From positions 620,001-684,000 of the forward strand of contig OZ287706.1 of assembly GCA_965649825.1 (NCBI GenBank): 64,000 nt of DNA, read 5' to 3'. This stretch comes from Penicillus capitatus. Its lineage: Eukaryota > Plantae > Chlorophyta. Positions 1-12,540 of the stretch are shown piece by piece. The notes beneath the pieces were generated by a model. The model saw nothing but the letters and a program-made list of their open reading frames with translations. It had not been told where the DNA came from and ran no database searches. Numbering within the stretch: position 1 is the first letter of the stretch; each line of letters opens with the position of its first letter. The position numbers and the translations under genes were made by a program.

Positions 1-45
1 GGGAAGACGATGGGTTGGTGTGAAGCGAAGACAGGTGGCGGGTAC

Positions 46-139
46 CATTCCAGAGACTGATTTTGAGCTGCTCGGTCTTGACGTCGATCAAATGCCCCAG
101 AGAACTCGCGAGGAGATCCGATATCCACGATTCGAACAT
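46..139 (-). CDS. VPS13: VPS13-family (chorein-N) lipid transfer protein, first exon; gene continues off the left edge
   Basis: Translates MFESWISDLLASSLGHLIDVKTEQLKISLWN(G), matching the VPS13 N-terminus; GT donor at 45. Confidence 0.75.
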
Positions 140-700
140 CAGTCCGTCGGATAACCCAAACAAAACGCTAATAGGCGAAGGGCCCAGGCCGTTACATCAA
201 GGGCGATGTCCTCGCAGTCGCGTCACCATTCTGCGCATGGTCTCTTCCGTATGTGCACGGGTCCAGTGAGTCGCCTTCTCGCAGACAAGTGCCCACTGTT
301 TGCCGCCATCTATCATTTGAACGCGTTCGCTTGCTCCGCATCGATCTCCTTCGGGTGATGCCGTGCGCAAGGCGCTTTTGTCGTGGTGGAACGGAAGATA
401 TGGCGCGAAGTGATTGAGAGCAGAGAGCGCGATGGTGGGCGATACATTGGGCCACCTCTTGTCGCTCGATCATCTCAGCTGCCTCCCGGGATTCGGCCGC
501 GTTCCTGGACAGCGGAAAATCTCGTTTAGACTTCGAACTGACGGCAAAGTGATTGTCTCTTAGTAAACATCCGCACATCGTCGATGCACCGTCGATGTCT
601 TCTGCGTCTGACTTGAGTTGTGTGTCCTGATGCGCGGCAAACGCGTCCCTGAGGAGAGCTTAAAACGCCAGGGCATTATGTACACACCAGTTCACAGGAT

Positions 701-1119
701 TCAAACGGCCGACCGACCGACCGACCGACCGACTCTTTCGAAACCCAGTTCCGCAGACCACAGACGGCAGGTTGCGTCCAAGGACGACACGCTGAGCAGT
801 GCCGTCTCCATCCTTATACGCAAAGGAATGGCGATCAGACTGTTTACGCGTCCGTCCATTGCCTTGCCATGCTGTCCCCGAGTATCTTCTCGCAGCGACC
901 AGGCGCAGCGAAGGAGTCTGTGGAAGAAGAGGCAAAGAGTGTTTCGCTGCAGTTGATTTTCACGTCCGTAATCTCCTCCATGTGTCCGTGACATGTGACT
1001 CTGGGGAGACGAATCTGATCTCCCCAGTTGTCGCTACGCCTTCATTTGCTCTCGGTATGGCGTAGCGTTCCTTCATACCTATGGCCGCGCAGGTGACGGC
1101 TTTCTTGTGTCTTCGACAT
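701..1119 (-). pseudogene. Decayed WD40-repeat fragment, BRWD/PHIP-like
   Basis: Pieces MSKTQESRHLRGH, TCHGHMEEITDVKINCSETLFASSSTD and CAWSLRE...LLSVSSLDATCRLWSAE lie in different frames. Confidence 0.45.
709..731. repeat. (GACC)n microsatellite
   Basis: gccgaccgaccgaccgaccgaccgac. Confidence 0.8.
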
Positions 1120-2902
1120 GTTTTGTCGTGCTGCAGAGTCTTAAAAAGTTAGTTGGCGCATTTTCTATAAACGAGCTCACTATTGCTGATGGGACATATG
1201 GTGCCACGCATTCGCGTTCAAGGAGACGACCTTCTCTGAAGCTGTTCATAGACGAAAAGGAAAGACAATCATAATTAACAGCGTTGACAGAAAACGTGCA
1301 TTCTTGGGGATCGGGAAGGCGTCCCCTTTACATCAAGGAATGTTAGTGGACTCTGAACAGCATCTAATCATTCATACCACATGTGCATTGTCCAACATAC
1401 TGTTCACCTTGAGAGACGCATGCCGTTTATTTTTGCGCAAGACGCTTTCCTCTGTGCGTTTATTCAAGGTAGATGATGGATCGTGTTTGTATACACTGGA
1501 TATTGTCGGGGATCGTGTGTAAGAGCAGTTTCTAAGACAGCCGAGTCTTTACGCGCCGATACGACAGAAACACAATCGGATTTGATGCGATACGAACAGG
1601 AGTTATTACAAGGGAGAATGTCCGCCTTATATACCCAGGTTGGTTACAGTTTTCCTAACCTTAGTACCTAACAGTCGTGAACTTCTAGCGCAAGTCGATA
1701 AGCACATGCCTATCGTTATGGGGAAGTTAGCTCGGGAGCCGACATCCGTCGCGACCGATGGTCAGCGCGCCTGGATGGTTAGACTACGGCTCTCCTACTT
1801 CCGGTGGTTTACAGACGGCAGTTAAACGCTACACCTCCTACAGATATCGCTTTGTGTTTTCCAGCATTCTCGGATATGACATTAGTGTGGGGCCGTTGAT
1901 TTGACCCGACAGATTGATAGGATAAACGAAATGACGTTTCGCATTGAAAGGGCAGAATCATTGTATGAAGAACTCCGTTCTTTTTAATCCGCTTCAAGTT
2001 TTAACGTGTGGACCGAGGATGGCCCTCACAACAAGCAAACGAATGCTTCCGTCTGTTAACACACAGCGTCGCGCTGTTGAATGACGATCAGATTGTAAAG
2101 ATTGTTCGCAACGGCAGCTTCTCTGCGAAATGAAGATGACGACATGTCCGTTGTTTACTTGACTGCAACTAAATCGTGATCACAACTGGACTTCATACTG
2201 ATTGAAGAACAAATAGGAGTAAATAACGATCTAGAGAATTCTTGCAAAACGTATGTCGCTTTGTGCCACGAACTGATATTAAGCCATTGCCGAACGAAAA
2301 AAGCAGAGATCCAATTCCTTAAGTGACTAACGAGAGTCTAAAGAGTGGTCTGTCTTCGAGGACAGAGCGAGAAGATAGAACTCTTTTTGTGTAATGTGTC
2401 ATCCAATAAAAATTGCTAGAGCGCTTTTCGAAAGCTTGAGGACACTGGTCGATTTAGTATATAATACAATGCTTCCTAAGGAATGTTCAAAGCAGACGAA
2501 TATCTGAACGACGTGAAACGAGCAAGGTTATTTTCCTGCAGCAACGCGTGCACCGCCCCCTCGCGTCTGTCTATTCTGACGGTGAGTTGGTGTCACGTGA
2601 GTTCCGCTATAAAGTCGCAAGCAGAACGAACGACGTGTTAGCCGGCCCGATCGTGACGGCGGCATCGACTCGAGATATGCGCCTCACCTCCGCGCTGTCA
2701 TCTCTTCTGCCAGGATAGGCAAGCGAAGAACAGAAATTTGCTAAGATGTCTTGTAAAGATGCCAAGTGAGCGCTGTTGAGTGCCAAACTCGGCTTCAGGT
2801 AGCTATCTTAAACGGTCACGTCATAACTTGGCTGGTTGATCGAGAAGTCCAAGGAATAGTTTCGTTTTGAGAATGGAATAAGAGAACAAAAAGACTCGTG
2901 AA

Positions 2903-4706
2903 TTAAACATCGTCGCCTGCACAACGCTGCCGTTCCATGGACTGTCGGACCTTCGCTTTCAGAGAGGCGCTGATCGGGTCATGTTTCTTCGGCAAGGCCA
3001 TCCATCCCTGGCGCACACGGCAACGAATCTCCGAAAACCGTTGCCATTTTAGATCCTCCCGCGGTCGACAGTCGTAAAAGGTGTACAGCAGATTGTCTCT
3101 GGGGCCCACGCCAAGGGCCGGGACGACGGTTGGGATGTCGTGTATGAGTTTCACTGCCAGTTCTCCCGGGAGAGAAAACTTTCCCGAATCGCCCCTGGGC
3201 GTCTTCATGATGTCCTTCGTCGTGCCGTCGGCGAATCTGATGTGCGAGAGCTTAGTGGCAAAGGACAGTATGTCGCGATTGACTTTCTGCAGCAGCCCGC
3301 CTCCCATTCCAAAGGCACAGTTCTGTGCTGTGTAACCCGCGTCCGTCATTTTCTCGAGGACGTCTCTGATTTTGCGCATCGACATTCCATCTCCCTGAAT
3401 CACGCCGCATTGTTTCAATATGCGGTAGCCCTTGGAATTGACCTCCGATCCAAAGACCTTCTCTGCGGCCCTCAACGCCTAAGGCATCGGATAGTGTGCG
3501 ACCTTGGAGCTTTCTTGAAGAAGCGGTTCACCTGGAGAACGGTTTCGACTGGATTTCCAGAGTCTGGTCTGAGAACCATGAATCCTCCTTTCTCGAGTTT
3601 GTGGGTAGCGATCGCGGGGAGAACACTCTCCAATGCATGTACATAGTCATAGCTGTCCAGGACGCAAGAGAACATGCCCGAACCATGACATTCGATCATT
3701 GATAAGAGTGCCGATTTCTCAGAATCCCAAGACGTCATCACACTGTGCTCTGTTGAAGGAATCGATTTCCCAACGGGCTCTCCATTGTTTAGGAAAAACT
3801 GTAGCACGATGTTGGCTCTCTTATTGATTTAACAGTGCCGAACTTGAGCATAGAAAGCAGCTGGCATCGTTGCAGTGCCAGTGAAATTGAGCAGATGCGC
3901 ACAGCCACCCACGATAGCTTGATCTGTTGTTGTGCATCCACGAAATCCAAAGTCGTGTAGACGCGACTCGATGAGGTACTTCGCTTCCGGATCGACCGTC
4001 TCTTCGAAGAAGTACTCGATGAGGTCCCTCGCCCTTCTCGACAGGGTCGCTACGGTTGTTGGATACCAGATCATCGTCAACATCGTCTCCAGAAACGTAC
4101 ACAGCGGCGCGTAGCATCCTTCGGCCGTGATCTAAGGGGAAGCAGTCCTTCCTCGCCCACACAGACGACTGCGGCTCACTTGATAGACAGGGACGTGGGG
4201 GTGTGTGCATGTCCCGTCCTCCAGGGCCTGAAACTTGATGGGAAAGTAGCCTGCAGGCACGGGAGGTCAGTGGATGGTCTCGACGGACAAGCAGCTCTCG
4301 CCGTCGTTCTCCTGGATGAACTTCTCGAAGAGCTCCTTGGGGAAGGGAAACTTCAAGTAGTCCGGCGCCCTGTGCTGCCTGCATCCGAAGTTACTTCGGT
4401 CGCGAGAGTCGTCGATCACTTGAAGAATTCTTCCGACTCTTCGACGTCGCGCATCGTCCACTTTCGATTGAGGACCTGCTCGACGAGAAACCGAACGCCG
4501 AACACGACGATGCGCGTGTCCTCCGTGTCGTTGTCGAATCCCGTGCGGAATTCGCCGTACTACGGAGAATGCGTCGGCACGCAACGAGATGGAGTGTGGC
4601 GGCGCACCGCCACCATCTTCGTGGCCTCGGGGTACTGCTCGAAGTGCGTGGCCTTGTAACTGTCGGCCATGACGCTCAACGGAATCGACTCGGAGAAACC
4701 AAACAT
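2903..4706 (-). CDS. NAMPT: Nicotinamide phosphoribosyltransferase, copy A (spliced)
   Basis: Motifs ADSYKATH, LHDFGFRG, TEHS, LDSYD, LRPDSG, IQGDG, GGGLLQKVNRD; stop TAA at 2903-2905. Confidence 0.9.
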
Positions 4707-4851
4707 GGCTTCGACGATGAAAATGAAACGTGGCCGTCTATCGCTGGATTCTATCCAGAGCAGCGTCGTACATCGCGTGGCCTCTTCAGATCTCACGAGC
4801 TCCCACGGCGAACGCGATCGACTTCGCGAACAGGACTCAAAGAAGCGTTCG

Positions 4852-4945
4852 TTAAGCGTTGAACACTGCCCTTAAAGGAGGGGCACGCATCTGCGTGAAA
4901 TCAAACCGATTATCGAGATCCTCGTCGATTTCGCCAACGATGGTC
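4852..4945 (-). pseudogene. Orphan copy of the last exon of LSM8, carried with the NAMPT duplication
   Basis: Reverse complement of 22662-22755 with a few substitutions (TIVGEIDEDLDNRFDFTQMRAPPLRAVFNA*); the preceding intron is also copied but earlier LSM8 exons are absent. Confidence 0.85.
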
Positions 4946-6029
4946 CTGGACAACCACCTCATCGTGCCATGAAGACATTCCGCATAAATTCCTATACCAA
5001 AAGTGGCCGTTAGAAGCGTGTCGTAATTTATTTGAAGTTGTCATGCCCTTCGTCTACATACAGATGATTAACCAGGAAACAAATATCTTAAATGCAAAGA
5101 CAAATTATGTTTGCAATGGCGACGGTTTCCACAGAACAATGATAAAGCGCATGCTCTCCAGCCATTCTTTGTGCACTGAGACGTGCTTCAATTTTTCATC
5201 GGTCTTCAACCAAACTCCTTTGACATCTACGCTCACTCTTGAGTGCATTGAACACAGCGAAGTGCATAAGACAAACGCACTCTTCTAGCTGCGCCTCACG
5301 CAAGTCTCGATGACTTAGAAGACTGAAAAGGCCTTAAAGCGTTCATTCATTTTTAAAGAGGTCTTATCAGACTTACCAGTAGAGCGTTGAGGCTGCTTTG
5401 GACATGTGATCATTTCTACAGATGTTATTTGATTAGCACCAAAATAGATGCACTAACTACCCTCGACGATTCAAGAACGGAGAGTGGACTTCATCATCTG
5501 ACCGAACATGAGTAAATATCGCCAGCAACGGGAACACTGCTCAGTAGAAGCCTCAAGGAAGTGTTTCGCTGAAGCGCACGAGTCGCTGGGCTTCTTCTTT
5601 CGAACAGCATTTTCTTGTGTATAGCAAACCGTCTAATGCACGCCAAGTCTACCCAAAAGACGCGCGTTCGTATACCCGAGCCACTCTCTTGAGCTCACTG
5701 CTAACTCATTGTCGAACTCTTCTGCATCTATCGAACCACTTGACGGAATGGCGAAGACAAATTCGCCTCCGACTGAAACCGTAGATGCACTATCCTTGTA
5801 ATAACACACCAGAACAGTAGAACGGTCCAGAGCACGACAGGGACGTAACAACAGTTCCTCTAAGTCCCATCAGAATCCCGCGTCCTCGCGTTTCAGTCCA
5901 CACGTGGCATTAACTGCTCCCGTTTGTTACAGTGATTTCCATACTGTTTCCTAGAAGGTATCTGCTTCATCTATAAAGCCGGATAGGAGCGAGGCATTTA
6001 CGCCGTGCAACCGCGTAGTTGTTCGCAAA

Positions 6030-9000
6030 ATGCACCACTACTCTTTCTTCACCTCGCTGCTGGCGTGGACGATCCTAAGCGCAGTATCCGTCGACTGCTC
6101 GGCTGGTGGGTTTCTGCAGTTGCACAACGTGACCGCAACGACGTCGTCTGCTAACGAAACACTATCCTCGGGCTTTTACGCCTCGCCTCAAGTGTCTGCT
6201 ACGGACTTGGGACGCAATGCATCGATCATCGCGGAGGGTCAGACGTTAATGTCCGTCACAGAACACTCACATGCGGCGACTTCTGGCGTTTCAACGATTA
6301 CAGCGAAGCAGCACGTGCCTCATTCCGTTCCGCAGCGTAAAGCGGCCCGTGTGTTGCACCAAGAAGCCATCGTAGACGACGAACCGCCGGAAACAAGTCT
6401 GACGTTTTTGTTCGTTTTCATGCTGCTGGTTGACTCACTCTTTTGTGTCTCCGTGTGACCAGGCGCCGCTTGTTCGCTGCCAAGACGCAGCGTCGACGTA
6501 TACTTAAACCAAACGACGCGCGTGTGGCTCCTTGACCAGACCGTCCTTAATGACATCGAAGACGACGTCCAAGTCATTATCGACTGTACTCGACCTGGCG
6601 ATATCCTTCTGTTCGACACACAGCGACGAATCCGACCTTCGTCGAGCATCGTTCTACGTTGGCCGCTGACTCTGAGTGCTTACGTGGACGAAGCCGAATT
6701 CGAGAAAGGTGATATTCCTCGTTCCAAAAAGAAGGCAGCCTTTACCTGTCCCGACACAACACAGGGGATCTTCTCCGTCAGGTAGGAATCCGCTCTCTAC
6801 TGTCGCGCGTCGAACTCGTGTTCAGATCGGAGAGCGTCGTCTTTGCAAACCTAAAAATCAAAGGCTGTTCGCTGAACGCCTCCGCAGCGTTTGGTGCCAT
6901 ATTCGAAGCGGAGGAATGTCCTCCATCCAATCGCACGAGCAGCATTCAGCTGCACCACGTCAGCTTTAGAAAGAATGTCTTGAACGACGCTGCATGTCTC
7001 AAAATGCGCTCGCCTTCCTGTTCAGCGCTGACGCTGATCGACGTTCAATTCGTGAACAACAGCTGCAGTGGTAGATGCGGTGTCGTCCTGGCCGCCGAGA
7101 ATCGACTTGAGGATGTCCACGTGGACTCCACGCATCTTTCTGACATAGACCGAGTCCAATCGAACGTATTCTACGGTCCTCGGGGCTCACAGATCAATGT
7201 CACTAGGATGGTAGCCACCCATAACGAAGCGGAGATCTTTCGCGTGGAAGGAGGTTCCCTGACACTGATAGAATCTGAGCTGTCGAGCTCCGAGGCCACA
7301 ACGGCAGCGAACCATACACGACAAACTGGTATTTATCTCAAAGATTCCGCCGCCAGAATAGAAAACTGCAAGTTTCGAAACAACAAAGGAGAAAATGGAG
7401 CCGTTCTCTTCGCCGTGCGATCCGTAGTGAACATCTCTGCGTCTTCCTTTGAAAGCAACGTAGCGAAGAGAGGTGGTGCCCTCTGCCTCTCGGAAGACAC
7501 CAGTGCCTCCATATCCAATTGCACGTTCTTGTCGAATGCTGCCTCGGATGGAGATGTCAGTGGCGGAGGCTGTCTGTGGTGCGAGGACGGAACACTGGTT
7601 GTCGCCAACACGACTATGGAGAAGTGCTCGACGTCTGGAGCAGGTGGAGCCATGGTTTTGCACCACACAGTAATGATGTTGTCAGATCTCGAGATCTCAT
7701 CTAGTCGGGCCGGAGAAGATGGCGGCGGGATCTTCATGGCAGACTCGTTCGTAACTGGAACAAGACTGACTCTGAGTGACAACAAGGCTGGCGACGAAGG
7801 AGGCGGCATCTGTATGGAAGACAAAAGTCGTATCTCTGTGACAACTGGAACGATGAGAAACAACAGCGCGCGTTCTGGTGGTGCTGTCTGCGCCAGAACA
7901 GACGTCAGCAGCAGCTTTAGGAACATCCGTTTTCTGGAGAACGCAGCGATGGAGAATGGCGGATCCTTTCGTCTGTACGGATCGACCATGGATGTGAAGA
8001 ACTGCACCTTTGAAAGTGGCCGTGCAGAACACGGAGGATTCATCGCCGCCAGAGACAACGCCGCCATGTCCATCAGCCGCTCAACCTTCAAGAACGGCAC
8101 TGCTCAGTACGGTGGATGCGTGCACATACAACTTGGAAACTGCACTTTCATGGATGTGGACTTTCGAAAGTGTCGTTCCATCATCGACGGTGGAGTGATG
8201 CGCATCGCCAACGCAACTGTCGCGATAACCAACGCAGCTATGATTTCGAACCGTGCGGATGATGATGGTGGATGCGTCTTTGCCGAGTTCTCCGACGTCT
8301 CTGGACGTCAATGGATTGTAGATGACAACAGTGCTGGAGATCACGCTGGAGCTGTCCTCACTAGGTTCTTCTCCAACTTCTCTCTTATCAATGCTACCTT
8401 CAACAGGAGCTCGGCAGACAACGGAGGGGTTGTCTTTTCAGAGTCGAATTCGACTGTGCGCTTTGTGAATGTCTCTTTTCAGAACAGCGATGTGGTCACG
8501 GAAGGCGGCTCTCTTTACATTGACGCATCCAATGCGACATTCCGTGACTGCCGATTCGAGAAAAGCCGGGCAGAGAATGGCGGATTCATCTATGCCAAGA
8601 GGGACTCTTCGATGACCATCGACGCAACAGAGATGACGCGTGGCGATGGAGATCGTGGAGGATGTCTGCGCATGGTCGGAGGGCACTTAGTCGTTCTGAA
8701 CTCGACCTTCCAATACTGTAGATCTTCTGACGACGGGGGCGCCTTGCATCTGATCGACTTGACAGCAGACATCTCAAATTCAAACCTGTCTCTGAATCTT
8801 GCCCTCTCCGGCGGCGCAGTTTTTGCCGAGCACGTGAAACTCGCTGGAAGTGGACTGGTTGTTGAAGACAACAAGGCAGATGGCGTCGGTGGAGCGTTAC
8901 GTTGCGCACAGTCCACGATCAGCGTCAAAAACACTCGATTCCAAAACAATACTGCCACCAATGGCGGTGCCGTGCATCAGATCGCCTCTGCGATAGGGAC

Positions 9001-12000
9001 ATTCGTCAATGTGACCTTCTCGCAAAACAACTGCTCAGAGAACGGTGGAAGCTTGTTTGTGTCCGGTTCTGAGTTGAACATGGCCCGAGCGGAATTCGAA
9101 GATGGCAGGGCTGAAAAAGCTGGTGCGTTTATTGCAACAGCCTCGAACAGCTCAGTCATACTAAAGGACGTACACATGAGAGGCGGCCAGGCGGATAACG
9201 GCGGCGGCGTTCTGATCACGGACTCTTCTTTCGAAGCAAGCAAAATGCAGATCTTGGACTGCGTGGCGGCGTCGAGTGGTGGGGCCTTTCGCAGTGAAAA
9301 CAATCCCACTGTCGCGTGCACGGATTGCAAATTCGAAGGCAATGTCGCGGCTACACACGGCGGAGCATTCTCTTTCAAATCGAGCAACTGCCAACGTCAC
9401 GAGTTCAGACTCCAGAGCTGTCTGATAAGAAACAATACAGCTCAGTATGGAGGTACCGATTCCCACATGATTTCAGGAAGGGGCATCTTCTTTGCAGGAG
9501 GATTGCACTTGATGGACAACCGTCAAGCCTTGGCATGCCCAGACACGCTTTCGCACTCTCCATCCACCATTCTTGTGGACTCAAACTTCTCGAACAACAG
9601 AGCCGAAGAAGCTGGCGGCGCCGTCTTCGTCAGCGATTTCCAGAATCTGCACATCAAGTGTCCATCTGCACAGAAGGCAACGACACGCGTCGGCACGAAA
9701 CGATCGTCGCCGTCACCTCCTAGTATCAATCGAACAAACGGCGGCTGCAGCTCGTGGACAGATAACAAGGCAGAACTTTACGGTAACGATATGGCATCGT
9801 TCGCCTCTCACGTCGTCGGAAGTGTCGAAATCGATAATAGCAGCATTGCCATCTCAGAAAGAGATGACGACTACACCATAGAAGACTACAGAAGTGGATC
9901 CACTTTTCCGATCATCACTCTGCGAGCTGAGGACGATCTTGGCCAAGCGCCAGCTATCGGGAGAGACAGTCGTGCCATCGCCTCTACCGTGTCCTCTCCA
10001 GATCATCTCTTCACAGAGAACCAGAGCCTTCTGCTGTCGTCCGAGAGCGTGGAGCTTCGGAAGACCGAATTCGCGCGGCCTGGCGTGTACACGATCCTCT
10101 TTGAATTCGACGAAGGTCATCTCAATAGCTTCCGACTGAAAGTGATTGTGCAGAGCTGTGGGATCAACGAAGTGCCTTCTGGAAACGGGACATTCTGCGA
10201 AGCATGCAGCGCCGCCGCATTCAATTTCCGTCGGGAAGAGGATGCGGATTGCTCTCCATGTCCCGCGGATGCAAACTGCGAGACTCGAGTGATCCTTCCC
10301 AATAAGGGACACTGGCATCAGACACCCTGTTCAAAGCACATCCAACGATGCATCGCCTCCGAGGCGTGCGACAAGGAAGAACGCATGGGACATTTAAAGA
10401 ACGTCACTAAAGGCATTGAGTCATGCGATTTCGACGAAGAGATGGTCAAGAATTACACAAACGCCCAATGCGAAGAAGTCCGACTCTCTTGTGTTCTCTA
10501 TTATCGTTCTAAGGGTCATGATGGTCTCAGGGACATGAGGGACCCCTTTGTGGATCCTGCAAGGAGTCCTACGGCAGATCCAGATCGCATCTTTGTCAGA
10601 AGTGCTTTCCGCGTTTCGTCAGTCTCGTTCTGGTTTTTCTTTTCTTTCTTGTTTTGATGGCCTTGTCTGGCATTACAATAAGAAGCAATCTCCTTTCCGT
10701 CGTCTCTAAGAAGCAACAGCTACAGATACATCAACTCTCCGTCCTTTCATCCAAAATGATACGCCTTCCAGACGAGGAGAAAATTATAGAGATGGCTGTC
10801 CAGGAACAGGCATCAGAAGAACGGCAGAGACCGGAAAGCAGTCAAACGCATGACATCGATGGTCAAAGTTCTGAGGAGGGCGATCAAACCTCCGAAGAGG
10901 TAGAGCTCGCTAAGTGGAAAGCGATCGAGGTCTTTAAGGTCAGCAGAGCCTGTACACTCTCCAGTCGACGATCCCTATTGCCTTGCAGATTGGCGTCAAC
11001 TTCCTCCAGGTGACTGCCATAGCCATCGCCGTCAATGTGAACTGGAGTCTCAGCATGGAGACGCTCTTCGAAGCGGCAGGTGCGCGAGATTCTATGTCGT
11101 GGTCCGATGCACAAAGGAATTCTGTGCTTTGCAGAGTTCATGAGTGGTATTTCATCCGAAGCCGTCACACGTGCCATTGACTGTCTGGTTCCAGCCAACG
11201 CCGCAGTGGAACGCACTATCATCAGCGCACTTGTCGATGCATCGCACCCACTGGCAGCCATCTTCTCATTCGCCGCCGGCTGGCTCATCATCAAGTTTCG
11301 GCGGGGAAAGGACTGGATGTACCTTATGAAGAAGGTCGTCCTCAGCGCCCTGGTCGTTTTGTACATGACCTACATCTCTCTGAGCAAGGCTTTTCTGAAC
11401 ATCCTGAGCTGCATCGAGGTCCACGACTCCATCGTCGTCGGGAAAGATCGCAAGACAGATTACTGGTCCCTCGACACCAGCGTCGAGTGCTACACAGGAT
11501 CGCACGCTCTACTGGTGGGACTCGTGGGCTGGCCACTGCTCATCGTTTTTACCTTCGGTTTTCCTATGGCCATTGGTTACCTCATTATCAAGAATGTGGA
11601 GGAGGACTACAAGGCAGGATGGATTTATGATGTCTCGGGTTTCCTCTACCGATCCTACAGAAAGAAATTTGTTTTCTGGGAGTCGATGATTATGTTGAGG
11701 AAAGCCGTCCTGGCTGTCGTCGTTGTCTTTTCTTATCCTCTAGGTGTCCATCTCCAGCAGATCCTTGCCGTTTTTCTTTTGATTCTCGCGCTGTACCTGC
11801 AAACTGTCTTACGTCCATATCGTTTTGAATTCGACGTTTTGAATGACATAGAAAGTGCATCTATTCTTGTCTCCTTGGTGACGTTTGTCTCGGCCATCTT
11901 CTTCAGCGAGGATCGTGTTTCTTCTGCTGTCCGTGTCTTGGTAACTCTGTCGGTCATTTTCTGCAACGTTGGCCTCTTCTTGTTCATTTGCATTGTCTTT

Positions 12001-12156
12001 CTTATCTTTGCTGCACGGTACCTCACAACGGTGTTGATCCGAGAAGAAGTTGCCTATAATCCAAGTCTCGGAGACTTTCACGTTCTGCGGGTCTATCTGT
12101 TTCATTACCTGCTGGGAGAAGTCCGGAAGAAGCTTCGTCACTATTTTGTCTCCTAA
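6030..12156 (+). CDS. Large cell-surface protein: signal peptide, PMP-like GGA/FxxN beta-helix repeats, Cys-rich region, C-terminal multi-pass TM domain (spliced)
   Basis: 1279-aa ORF with many GGA(I/L/V) and FxxN motifs, CxxC-rich segment, hydrophobic 358-aa terminal ORF, N-terminal signal peptide. Confidence 0.8.
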
Positions 12157-12540
12157 ACAGAAACGCTTGACAGTGCTTGCATCTTAGAACTTGCGGTTGT
12201 CTCTACACATACAACGAAGTGGCTATGTCTGATATTATTTGATGTTCTGTGTCTGCCACGCTTTAAAACGGTTGTGTTTTCGGGCTTCCTGATAAGGTGA
12301 GGAATTCAATTTGATCGTGCAGATTGTTTGTGTGACTCACCAACACCTCATCGCCATCAGCTGTTTTTTGCTTTGCACTAGATGTTTTTCATGCACGCAC
12401 GGGATGTTGCAGACTGGGTGTATATAAAGCAATGGATACGATGATGTATATCGACAGAAGTGATTGCCGAGATGAGAGTTCCCGCTTCGTTCGTTTGGTC
12501 CTTCATAAAACGCGATGTCATTCGCGAGATCACGTCGGCA

